From a bacterium (GTDB taxonomy: Bacteria; UBA8248), in NCBI GenBank assembly GCA_965221165.1, contig CBDCRP010000003.1, forward strand, positions 640,001 through 704,000: a DNA stretch of 64,000 bases, given 5' to 3'. The position numbers and the translations under genes were made by a program. This document shows positions 27,532-36,418 of this stretch, piece by piece. The stretch's first letter is position 1, and every line of letters begins with the position of its first letter. The notes beneath the pieces are model-generated. The model was not told the DNA's origin, ran no database searches, and worked only from the letters and a program-made list of their open reading frames with translations.

Positions 27532-30314
27532 CTTTTCCTCCTCCGTCTCCGCCTCCCCCGCACCCTTGCCTCAAGCGGCGCGCGCATTTTCTCGTACAGG
27601 GCGAAGAGGTGCTCCACGCGCTCGCGCTCGGAGGCGAAGCCGGTGCGGCGGTAGAGGCGATCCACGGCGCGGTCGAGGGCTTGGTGGGCGCGTCGGAGAT
27701 CGGGCGGCATGAGGTCCGGGTCGTAGAGGTCGGCCGGCGTCGCTTCGGGGTGCGCCGCGCGGGCTTCGAGAACGGCTTGGGCGAGGGGTTCCAGCTTCGA
27801 GAGGTCGGCGTCTCCCGGCGGGGTGGGGAAGGTGTTGTAGATAACGCCAACGGAATACATATAATCGCTCTTCATCCGCCCCGTTATCGCCCGCATCCAG
27901 GCCATGTGCATGGCGGAGGTGAGCAACGCGAAATCTTGAAGAGTCGCATCAGGAAGAATCCGCAACTTCTGATTCGCTATAACGTCATTTCCAAGCCAGC
28001 CAATAGGAACATACTCTCGACGCTCGGAGCTTGTATTCGGAATCACCAGATAATCCGTATCTAGTCTCTCGTCTACGCCAACCAAAGTGGGATAGTCCGC
28101 CATTTTCTGCGTACTCGCCCGTTTGCTGGCTGCACGATATGCCCGAACCTCCGCAACCTTTCCTGCGGTCATCGGCAGTTTCCTCAATTCGGATGAGGAA
28201 GCATCTCGAAGGTAAAGAATCCAACGATGAAAGCCATTGATAAATTCATCTCCGCCTATATATCGCCGGAAAAAGCGGGAAGCGTCGGGTTCGGATGCAA
28301 GGAACGCTTCTTTTTCATCCTCATTGAAAGTCAGGATTCCATTATCTATCATTTGGACTCCGGTCTTTAACTTCTTCATTGCGTTAATCGGCCTGCTTTC
28401 CACCCGCACAGTCAGATGCGGATCGGCGAGACCGCCCGCGTCGAACAGATAGGGCGAGAGAGCGGCGTGGCGGCTCTCCTGCGGCTCGCCGTTAATGTCG
28501 GGATAGCTGAACAGGCGTTTTTCCGCCCGCGCCGCTTCCCGGGCGTCCAGCCCGATGACGACGACGTGCACGTGCGCCACCCCGCGCGCGTCAGAACCCC
28601 AGGCGAAGGTGCGGTGGGCGAAGGCGATCTCCAGCCTCCAACGCTCGAAGAGGAGAGGCCAAAGCTGCGCCGCCTGCTCCCCCTGCGTTACCGAGTTGGT
28701 GGCGACGAAGCCGATGCGCGTCGCGCTCTTTTGCAGGTACTCCCCCGCCCGGATGAACCACGCGGTCACGTAATCCAGCGTTCCGCCGCTTTTGCCGAGA
28801 TCGGCGACCCTGCGCGCCTGCAAACGCTGCTCGCCCGTCTGGAACTTCGCGCCCACGAACGGCGGATTGCCGAAAACATAAGAACAATCCGCAGGCGGGA
28901 GAAGCGCCGCCCAGTCGGTCTCCAGCGCGTCGGCGCACAGGACGTGCGGGGCGGTCGTGAGCGGAATGCGGGTGTAGGTCTGGCCGAATTCGAGGCTCAA
29001 GCGGTTGTTCATGATGTGGTCCATCATCCAGAGCGCCGTCTCGGCGATGCGCGCCGGAAACTCGCCCAGTTCTATCCCGTAGAACTGATCCACGGTGATG
29101 CGGGAGAGTTCGGCCACGTCGAGTTCGCGCTGCGCTTCGGCGGCGCGGAGTTCTCGGAGCACTTCCATCTCCAGTTCGCGCAGTTCGCGGTAGGCGATGA
29201 TCAAGAAGTTCCCGCACCCGCAAGCCGGGTCGAAGAATTTCATACCGCCCAACTTCTCCTGAAACCGCCTGAGTTCGGCCGAGCGGCGGCTGTCCCTGCG
29301 GGCTCTCAGCCGCTGGAGTTCCTCGCGCAGATCGTCGAGAAACAAGGGTTCGATGACCTTCAAAATGTTCTTCTCCGTGGTGTAGTGCGCCCCCTGTGCG
29401 CGGCGCTCCTCAGGCTCCATGACGGATTGAAAGAGCGCGCCGAAGATGGCCGGGGAGATGTTCGACCAGTCGAAGCGGCATGTTTCGAGCAGGGCGTTCC
29501 GCATGGCGGCGTTGAAGGATGGAATACGCAGGGAATCCTTGAACAAATCGCCGTTCACGTAGGGAAAGCGGGCGAGGTCTTCATCGAGCGTCCTCTGGCG
29601 GTCGCCCTCCGGCGTATCCAGCACCTGGAAGAGTTCAGACAGCCGGGAGCCGGTATCCGATCCGTCCTCGTTCGTGCGCTCTTCGATGTAGTTCAGGAAA
29701 ATATCGCGCGGCTCGAAGATGCCCGTATCGTCCGCGAAGAGACAAAAGACGACGCGCACCAGAAAGCGTTCGAGATCGTGGCCCCGGTAACCGGCCTCCG
29801 CGAGGGCGTCGTGGAGGTTTCCCGCGAGTTCGGCAGCCTTGATGTTGGCGGGGTCCTGGTCGCGAAAGGCGCGGCGGCGAAGCCCAAGGATGAAGCCGAA
29901 TTTTTCGACGTGGGCGGGCAGGTCGGCGAGGGAGAAGACCGCGTGAGTCCGCTCATCCAGATCATGAAGCTCGAAGGTTTGAAAATCACTCACGAGGATG
30001 TGGCCGGGCTTGTCCCGCTCGGGCAGGGCGTCGAAGTATTCCCCCGCCTGCCCGTAGGCTCTCGTCAAATCGCGGCCCGCGCTTTTTTGCTCCACGATCA
30101 AAACGCGCGGCCAGAAGAGGTCGATATAGCCGTGCGTGTCGTCGAGACGTCTTACGTGCTCCTCGTAGCGGGCGACGGAGCGGCGCTTTACACCAAAGAT
30201 ATGGAAGAACTCGTTATAAAAACTCTGCGTCTCGCCTTTTTCATACGCAGCACCCGCCCAATTCCGGGCGAAGCGCGCCGCGCGCACGCGCATCTCGTTC
30301 CAGGAGAGGCGCAC
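27528..30314 (-). CDS. MmeI-like type IIL restriction-modification enzyme (nuclease + m6A methyltransferase + TRD)
   Basis: YIDLFWP...EQKS nuclease motif, GAHYT, DPACGCGNF, GNPPF, WMR...GR.KSD..YS. Confidence 0.92.
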   Translation of the reverse strand: MRLSWNEMRVRAARFARNWAGAAYEKGETQSFYNEFFHIFGVKRRSVARYEEHVRRLDDTHGYIDLFWPRVLIVEQKSAGRDLTRAYGQAGEYFDALPERDKPGHILVSDFQTFELHDLDERTHAVFSLADLPAHVEKFGFILGLRRRAFRDQDPANIKAAELAGNLHDALAEAGYRGHDLERFLVRVVFCLFADDTGIFEPRDIFLNYIEERTNEDGSDTGSRLSELFQVLDTPEGDRQRTLDEDLARFPYVNGDLFKDSLRIPSFNAAMRNALLETCRFDWSNISPAIFGALFQSVMEPEERRAQGAHYTTEKNILKVIEPLFLDDLREELQRLRARRDSRRSAELRRFQEKLGGMKFFDPACGCGNFLIIAYRELRELEMEVLRELRAAEAQRELDVAELSRITVDQFYGIELGEFPARIAETALWMMDHIMNNRLSLEFGQTYTRIPLTTAPHVLCADALETDWAALLPPADCSYVFGNPPFVGAKFQTGEQRLQARRVADLGKSGGTLDYVTAWFIRAGEYLQKSATRIGFVATNSVTQGEQAAQLWPLLFERWRLEIAFAHRTFAWGSDARGVAHVHVVVIGLDAREAARAEKRLFSYPDINGEPQESRHAALSPYLFDAGGLADPHLTVRVESRPINAMKKLKTGVQMIDNGILTFNEDEKEAFLASEPDASRFFRRYIGGDEFINGFHRWILYLRDASSSELRKLPMTAGKVAEVRAYRAASKRASTQKMADYPTLVGVDERLDTDYLVIPNTSSERREYVPIGWLGNDVIANQKLRILPDATLQDFALLTSAMHMAWMRAITGRMKSDYMYSVGVIYNTFPTPPGDADLSKLEPLAQAVLEARAAHPEATPADLYDPDLMPPDLRRAHQALDRAVDRLYRRTGFASERERVEHLFALYEKMRAPLEARVRGRRRRRRKR

Positions 30315-30452
30315 GTTCAGCCTCAGGCGATGCCGGGCTGCGCGGCGGTTCGGGAGGTATGGCGATGCGAGCTATTCCTCGTGATTTTCATGGGATGAGA
30401 ATATCGCACATTTCGGGGCGCAATTCCTACCTACCCGCAAGCATTTCCTCCT

Positions 30453-30990
30453 TCCGTAGGTCGGACATATATGTCCGCCACCCATACATGCGACCCGTGT
30501 CTTGCGGGCGAAAGGCCGGGACGCATATATGCATCCCCTACGGGTAATTCCCTGCCGTAGGGCGGACACACACACTCTTCCCCTCCTCGGGGAAGAGCGA
30601 CACCCCTACGACAAAACATCCCCCCGTCGGCAAGATAAGGGCGCAGGTCCGTAGGGACAGGCCCCCGTGCCTGTCCTGACGAGAGACAACCATAGTGGCC
30701 GGACAACCACGGGGGGTTGTCCTTACAACACCTCGGGGTCGTCCTGTTCGGGCTCGTTTCATGTTTCGCGTGGACACAGGGGTCTGTGGGGCGGCCCCTG
30801 AGCAATCCCCCCTCCCGTAGGTCGGACATATATGTCCGCCACGCATACATGCGACCCGTGTTCTACGGGCGAAAGGCCGGGCGGCGATCCGAGGAGGGGG
30901 GGGATTGCCGACGCGTGTGGTTTTCGCTCGTCCGCACGGGCCGCATATATGCCTCCCCTACGGGTAATCCCCTGCCGTGGGGCGGACATA
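30453..30990. repeat. mosaic cluster of GTAG-type REP doublets
   Basis: Similar units at 30453-30544 and 30814-30964; a different pair at 30649-30728 (GTAGGGACAGGCCCCCGTGCCTGTCC...GGACAACCACGGGGGGTTGTCCTTAC). Confidence 0.85.
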
Positions 30991-31153
30991 CGAGCTTGCG
31001 GGCGGGGGCGTTTTCGAGAGAGCATGAGAGGGTGCCGCGAGGAGAATTCCGGGCGAATTTCGCGCGCTAAAAGGCTCTCGATAATATGTGAAAAGTGGTG
31101 AAAAAAGGGGGAAATAGGCGAAATATAGTGAAAATATCTGAAAATTTAACCTA

Positions 31154-31552
31154 TTGAAAATAAAGGCGTTACTTGAAAAAGGAGAGGGTTTTGGACTTAA
31201 CGGGTTTTGGACTCCTGTTCCGGGCGCGATGGTGGGTACGCTGAACGCGGCCACCGGCGTGGGCTGGGGCATCATCATGATCCCCACCCTGTTCCTCATC
31301 CCCGCGCTCACGCCCCAACAGGCGGTGGCGGTCTCGCTGCTCGCCTACCTGTTCAACTCGCTCGTGGCCTCGTTCGAGAACGTGAGGAGCGGCCTCATCG
31401 TCTGGAATTACGCGGCCTACCTGAGCGCCGGGGCCATCATCGGCGGCGCGGCCGGGGCCTATCTGCTCAAGAACGTCTCCGCCCTCACGCTCAAGAGAGT
31501 CGTGGGCGTCCTGGTGATCGCAGCGGGCGCGAACCTCCTCTGGAACCGCTAA
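31154..31552 (+). CDS. TauE/SafE (TSUP) family membrane protein, half-size; possible 5' frameshift
   Basis: G.G.G.I.IP.L, Q.AV.VSL, G...GA.L; better RBS + TTG at 31191 is one base out of frame. Confidence 0.78.
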   Translation: MKIKALLEKGEGFGLNGFWTPVPGAMVGTLNAATGVGWGIIMIPTLFLIPALTPQQAVAVSLLAYLFNSLVASFENVRSGLIVWNYAAYLSAGAIIGGAAGAYLLKNVSALTLKRVVGVLVIAAGANLLWNR

Positions 31553-31558
31553 AAGAAA

Positions 31559-31580
31559 ACCCCTCATCAAGACGAGGGGT
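31559..31580. terminator. hairpin between convergent genes
   Basis: ACCCCTC-8 nt-GAGGGGT preceded by an A-run. Confidence 0.5.
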
Positions 31581-31801
31581 GTCCTCCGGTATGCCCGGGC
31601 GCCAAGCTTCACGACACGGGAGGGGCGCAACAATCGGCCATATGGTTTTCGGGTTCGCTACCCGATGATCTTCCTCTTCATCCAGCCGAAAACCCACGCC
31701 ACGGCGCGGAACATGCCGCCGACTCACGTGGGGCAGGCATTATCCTCCGGCGGAATTTCATGCTTATCCTCCGCCGTCTCCTGCGCGCGGGTATTCACGC
31801 T

Positions 31802-32155
31802 TCAGCCCTCCCCTTCGCCTACGCTCTTCGCGCGTTCGGGGTCGATCTCGTAGAGATAATCAAAGGAATAGATGCCTGCGCCGCACCCGCCGCGCCAGAT
31901 GAAATTGATGGCGTAGCGCCCCACCATCTCGGCGTTTTCAAGCTCCGTAGGCCCGCTCGGCCCCGTGAGGACGGCGAGGGGGTTCTTCTCGCGCGCCTTG
32001 CGCTCCTCCTTGCAGTTCGCGCAAGGACAAAGGGCTGCGAGGTAGTCGAAGCCATAGGCGCTCTTCTCACCCCCCGCCCACTCGACGCGAAGCTCGCGTG
32101 CGAGCTTGTCCACCGTGAGATCGACGGGATGGGCCTTGTCCTCCGCTTCGCTCAT
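31802..32155 (-). CDS. DUF971 / GBBH N-terminal-like protein
   Basis: CPCANC, VG.YA....W, GIYSFDYL. Confidence 0.88.
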   Translation of the reverse strand: MSEAEDKAHPVDLTVDKLARELRVEWAGGEKSAYGFDYLAALCPCANCKEERKAREKNPLAVLTGPSGPTELENAEMVGRYAINFIWRGGCGAGIYSFDYLYEIDPERAKSVGEGEG

Positions 32156-32189
32156 GGCCTGGAGACTCCTCGATGGCGTTTATGGCGCA

Positions 32190-32849
32190 TTATCTCGCCT
32201 TGATTCCGTATTTCTCGTACTTCTTCGCCGAGGAGGAGCTGCGCTTGGCGGATTCGGGCGTCTTGAGTTCCAGCAGATAGGGCCGCTCGGCGGAGGTGGC
32301 CTTCACGGCGTCCAGCAGTCCCCCCTCATCCCCCTCGTTTTCCCAGTCGCCTTCTTCGAGCTTCACGAAAACGGGCTTGCCCTCGCCGAAATCAAGGGTG
32401 GGAACGCCGAAAATGCCTTGTTCCGCCGCGTCCTCATGCTCTTGCGCGATGAGGGGAACCGTGGCGCCGCTCTTCATGTCCTCCTCCCAGCGCTCGACGT
32501 CCAGGCCTACCTCCACGGCGATGTCGCGCAGGACCAGTTCGCTGGTGATGTCCTTGCCGTCCCGGTGCTTCGCCCGGTGCAGCGCCACGTGGTACTTGTC
32601 GAACTGGGTCTCGCCCTGTAAGGCCGCGCACTTGGCCGCCTGATGCGGGGGAAGATCCCTGCTCGGGAAGGCCTTATCCTCCCAGGCCTTCCAGTCCTCG
32701 CCCCGCGCCGGGCCGAAATTCGCCTGCTCCAGCACGAAGGCCTTGTAATCCACTTTCAGATCGCTTCTTTTCTCCTGAAGGCGAACGAGCCACTCCATGG
32801 CCCTGTAGGCGTAGGGTCAGACGTAGCAGTTCCACATGGTGACGTTCAT
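32190..32849 (-). CDS. DsbA/FrnE-like thioredoxin-fold protein, probable selenoprotein (CYVUPYA)
   Basis: AAGGAGG RBS + ATG 32849; in-frame TGA at 32817-32819 (codon 11) continuing into the 202-aa ORF; GIFGVPT cis-Pro loop; SECIS-like hairpin. Confidence 0.82.
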
Positions 32850-32956
32850 GGTTTCCTCCTTAAAATGCGCCATAACGAAACATAATTTCGGCATCATACA
32901 CCACACGAACAAAGATGAGAACACAGAGCGAAGCCTCATGAAACAGCCGTTTTACG

Positions 32957-33556
32957 CTAATTTCGAGGCTCCAGCGCCTTGTTCAGCAACGCTCCCGCGC
33001 CCGCATTCAAGGGAATCTCCCTGGCGATCTCCTGTCCGCGCGCGGACATTTTCGCCCACGTTTTCCGCAAAATACCGACGATTTTCTCCTCGTCATGAAG
33101 CCGGGAAAAATCCCAGAAATAGCTCTCCAAAAACACCAGGCAGGCGACATCCTCCAGCGTTTGGGTTTCAGGGTCGGACTTCAAACCTTGTTTTCTCAAC
33201 AACATCCGCACCCGGGTTATCGTTTCCTCGTCATAACCCACCTTTTCGAGAATCTCGGCAACTTTTTCCCCATGATAGTCGTAAAGACGGGTCCGCCATT
33301 GGTGATAGCCCTTGCGATCCAGAGGATAATCCGAGCGTGGAATCTCCCACCTGCATATATGCTGGCTGCGAACCGCCAGACGCAGGGCTTCAGAGGCTTG
33401 CGGTTCTATGGTTTCGAGCCACTTCGTCATTCTCATCGAGTATAAAAGCTCTTTGGGATAATCCTCGCCCTCGAAACTCTCGGTATTCGGATCCTGAGAA
33501 TTCGCTCCATCGATACAACGCAACGCATCTTCAAAACGTGTGAATTTTTCACTCAT
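32957..33556 (-). CDS. DUF4202 family protein
   Basis: ID.AN..DPN, QH..RW...R..YP..R.GY..WR, LEDVACLVFL, KTW.KMS. Confidence 0.88.
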   Translation of the reverse strand: MSEKFTRFEDALRCIDGANSQDPNTESFEGEDYPKELLYSMRMTKWLETIEPQASEALRLAVRSQHICRWEIPRSDYPLDRKGYHQWRTRLYDYHGEKVAEILEKVGYDEETITRVRMLLRKQGLKSDPETQTLEDVACLVFLESYFWDFSRLHDEEKIVGILRKTWAKMSARGQEIAREIPLNAGAGALLNKALEPRN

Positions 33557-33636
33557 CGCTTTTACCTTCTTGGTGGTGATAGATATCAACAGCATCATTC
33601 TAAGCAAAACGGCATTAGAATAAACTCCTCTTTGGG

Positions 33637-33692
33637 TTGACAAAAATGAGGAACAGGAATATTTTCCAAGAAAGTTAAGTAATTTACTTAAC
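33637..33692 (+). promoter_or_regulatory. sigma70-like promoter followed by a perfect 9-1-9 inverted repeat (operator)
   Basis: TTGACA-17 nt-TATTTT, then GTTAAGTAA-T-TTACTTAAC at 33674-33692. Confidence 0.65.
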
Positions 33693-33731
33693 AATAAAAA
33701 GAAAAAATTACACTTCATACAGGAATCTCTC

Positions 33732-34541
33732 ATGTATTCAGGAAATGTGCAGATCGTGGGAGCAGGCCCCGGGGATCCGGACTTGCTTACACTCAAGGCG
33801 GCTAAAGCCTTATCAAACGCAGATGTGGTTATTTTTGATCGCCTCGTGAACCCTGAGATTCTTCAACTTTGCCCGGAAAACTGCCAATTCGTCGACGCTG
33901 GAAAATCCAGCGGGCGCCACACTATGAGCCAAGACGACATCAACGAATCTCTCATCCATTTCGCTCATCGTGGCTTTCAGGTAGTGCGCCTGAAAGGGGG
34001 CGACCCTTTCGTATTCGGGCGTGGCGGCGAAGAAGCGCAAGCCTTGGCCGAAGCCGGTATCCATTATGAAATCATACCGGGTATCAGTTCCGCCTTGGCT
34101 GTGCCCGCCTATGCCGGAATACCCGTCACACACCGAAATCTCGCTTCATCATTCACCGTTGTGACAGCCCATGAAGACCCGAAGAAACCAGAAACACAAG
34201 TGGACTACGCGCATTTGGCAAAGGATAATGGAACGCTCGTTTTTCTCATGGGGGCGCGTTCCATCGGTCGCATATCAGCCGCTCTCATGGAAAACGGCAT
34301 GTCTAAAGACACGCCCACCGCGATAATCGAAAATGGAACCACGAACAGGCAATTGGCCTATCGCTCTCCTTTGGGAGAAGCATCGAGCCTTGCACAACGC
34401 GAAGAAGTATCCCCACCCGCCGTTTTCCTGGTGGGACCAGTCGCCGGCATTGAAGACCTCATTTGGTTCGAGGCAGATGAAAGTCAAGAAATCTCCTGGC
34501 GCTGTTCCACGGAAGAACTCCTCAGTAAAGCTACTTCATAA
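33732..34541 (+). CDS. cobA: uroporphyrinogen-III C-methyltransferase
   Basis: GAGPGDPDLLT, VVRLKGGDPFVFGRGGEE, GIPVTHR. Confidence 0.95.
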   Translation: MYSGNVQIVGAGPGDPDLLTLKAAKALSNADVVIFDRLVNPEILQLCPENCQFVDAGKSSGRHTMSQDDINESLIHFAHRGFQVVRLKGGDPFVFGRGGEEAQALAEAGIHYEIIPGISSALAVPAYAGIPVTHRNLASSFTVVTAHEDPKKPETQVDYAHLAKDNGTLVFLMGARSIGRISAALMENGMSKDTPTAIIENGTTNRQLAYRSPLGEASSLAQREEVSPPAVFLVGPVAGIEDLIWFEADESQEISWRCSTEELLSKATS

Positions 34542-34609
34542 ATACCGGGTCTCGGCCTGGCTCCAAATTCATTATCCGATATTTGCATAGTTGTTCATGT
34601 GAGGAGCAT

Positions 34610-36418
34610 ATGATGCACGAAGAATCACTAAAATTAGTGTCTCAAGAAAAATTGGGCGTCATCCCGGTGATTCCTGAAGAACTCGATGACTTTGAAACGG
34701 AAGCCACAAAATTTCAAAATGGAGAAATCGACAACAGCGCGTTTCTTCCTTATCGCTTAAGACGCGGCGTATATGGCCAACGCCAGGCGGATGCGCAGAT
34801 GGTGCGCGTAAAAATACCATTTGGTGGTCTGAGCGCTTCTCAGTTCGAAGCCCTGGGGCGCGTATCTCGTGATTACGCGCCATTGGGAAAAGGCCACGTG
34901 ACGACACGGGAAAATGTGCAGTTTCACTTTGTGCCGCTCTGCCAAGCCACTGATGTGTTGAGGCTTCTCGGCGAAGTGGGGCTCACCACGCGAGAAGCGT
35001 GTGGAAATTGTGTGAGGAACGTCACCGGTTGTCCCTATGCGGGTGTCTGCAAGGATCAGGTTTTCGATACCACACCTTATGCAGGCGCATTCGCACGTTA
35101 CTTTGTGCGCAAGGACTTCACGCAGGACCTCCCACGCAAATTCAAAGTAGCCTTCTCCAGTTGCGCTTCGGACTGTGTAGTCGGTGGAATCCATGACATC
35201 GGTTTCATTCCCGTCATCAAAGAGGTGGAAGGAACATCCGTCCATGGATTCAAGATGCTCGTCGGCGGCGGACTCGCCACTTTCGCGCGCACCGCCGAGG
35301 CGCTTTACGAGTTCGTTCCGGTGTCTGATTTCTTGAGGGTGAGTGAAGCCCTCATCCGGGTTTTTGATCAAGCTACTGAACTCAGGAAATCCCGCTTCAA
35401 GGCGCGCATCAAGTTTCTGGTGAGCTGGATCGGCATAGACGGACTGCGCGAACGTGTTGAGGAAGAACTCAAACAGGATTGGACGAAAGAACCCGTCAAT
35501 CCTGAACCCTATCTTTGGAAAGACGACGAAGACGCAGACGCTCCACCCGTCTTGAACACTTTCCACGGGGCGGGATTAAACCCAAATGGTGATACGGCGG
35601 ATTATTACGCCTGGAGGAATACGAACGTCACCGAGCAAAGGCAAGGAGGCTATTTCGCCGTCGAGGTTAAACTACCATTAGGAAACATTCTTACGGATCA
35701 GTTCTTCACTTTGGCCGATCTTACCCGACGTTTCGCGAGAGGGCGCGCAAGAACGAGTTTCGAGCAAAACATTGTCCTCAGGTGGGTACGCGAAGGAGAG
35801 CTTTATCCCCTCTGGAAAGAGCTTCAGCGTATCGGACTAGCCGAAAGAGGCGCCCGTGAGATATCCGATGTGGTCTCCTGCCCGGGCACGGATTCATGCA
35901 AGCTCGGCATTACCTCCTCCATGGGCTTGGCGAGCGCCATACGCGAAGCGCTCCAGGAAACCGAGCACGACGACCCTCTCACGCGGGAGATACACATCAA
36001 GATGAGCGGTTGTCCGAATTCGTGCGGCCAGCATCACATTGCCAATATAGGCTTTCATGGGGGAACGCTCCGGGCAAATGGCGCGATGCTCCCCGCTTAT
36101 GAAATTTTCCTCGGCGGCCAATATGAAGAAACCGATGGCAAAATCCGCATCGGCAAGCGCATTCAGGCTCGGATTCCCGCAAAGCGTGTTCCCGATGCGC
36201 TCAAGAAAATGTTGTCTCACTACCAAGAAAACAGGAGCGAAGACGAACGTTTCAATGATTTTTTGGACCGTGTCGGTAGTGTTTCTTTCGAGGACTTATT
36301 GCGAGAGTTTCACATTTCAGGTCAATTCAACGATAAACCTGATTCCGATTTGTTCATCGACTGGAGTCAGGAGAAACAATACGTACTGGAAAGAGGAGAA
36401 GGTGAATGCCTGGCCTAG
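34610..36418 (+). CDS. ferredoxin-dependent nitrite/sulfite reductase (siroheme-[4Fe-4S])
   Basis: GVYGQRQ, TTRENVQ, LPRKFK, CPG...C, GCPNSCGQH. Confidence 0.92.
   Translation: MMHEESLKLVSQEKLGVIPVIPEELDDFETEATKFQNGEIDNSAFLPYRLRRGVYGQRQADAQMVRVKIPFGGLSASQFEALGRVSRDYAPLGKGHVTTRENVQFHFVPLCQATDVLRLLGEVGLTTREACGNCVRNVTGCPYAGVCKDQVFDTTPYAGAFARYFVRKDFTQDLPRKFKVAFSSCASDCVVGGIHDIGFIPVIKEVEGTSVHGFKMLVGGGLATFARTAEALYEFVPVSDFLRVSEALIRVFDQATELRKSRFKARIKFLVSWIGIDGLRERVEEELKQDWTKEPVNPEPYLWKDDEDADAPPVLNTFHGAGLNPNGDTADYYAWRNTNVTEQRQGGYFAVEVKLPLGNILTDQFFTLADLTRRFARGRARTSFEQNIVLRWVREGELYPLWKELQRIGLAERGAREISDVVSCPGTDSCKLGITSSMGLASAIREALQETEHDDPLTREIHIKMSGCPNSCGQHHIANIGFHGGTLRANGAMLPAYEIFLGGQYEETDGKIRIGKRIQARIPAKRVPDALKKMLSHYQENRSEDERFNDFLDRVGSVSFEDLLREFHISGQFNDKPDSDLFIDWSQEKQYVLERGEGECLA

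Noticed and set aside
28416-30398. 660-aa plus-strand ORF and similar long antisense ORFs (12360-14324, 2295-3647, 18144-19379)
   Set aside because: Stop-poor shadows of GC-rich genes on the opposite strand, with no motifs
30453-30990. Possible CRISPR array
   Set aside because: Repeats occur in inverted pairs with irregular spacing, and there are no cas genes; fits REP elements
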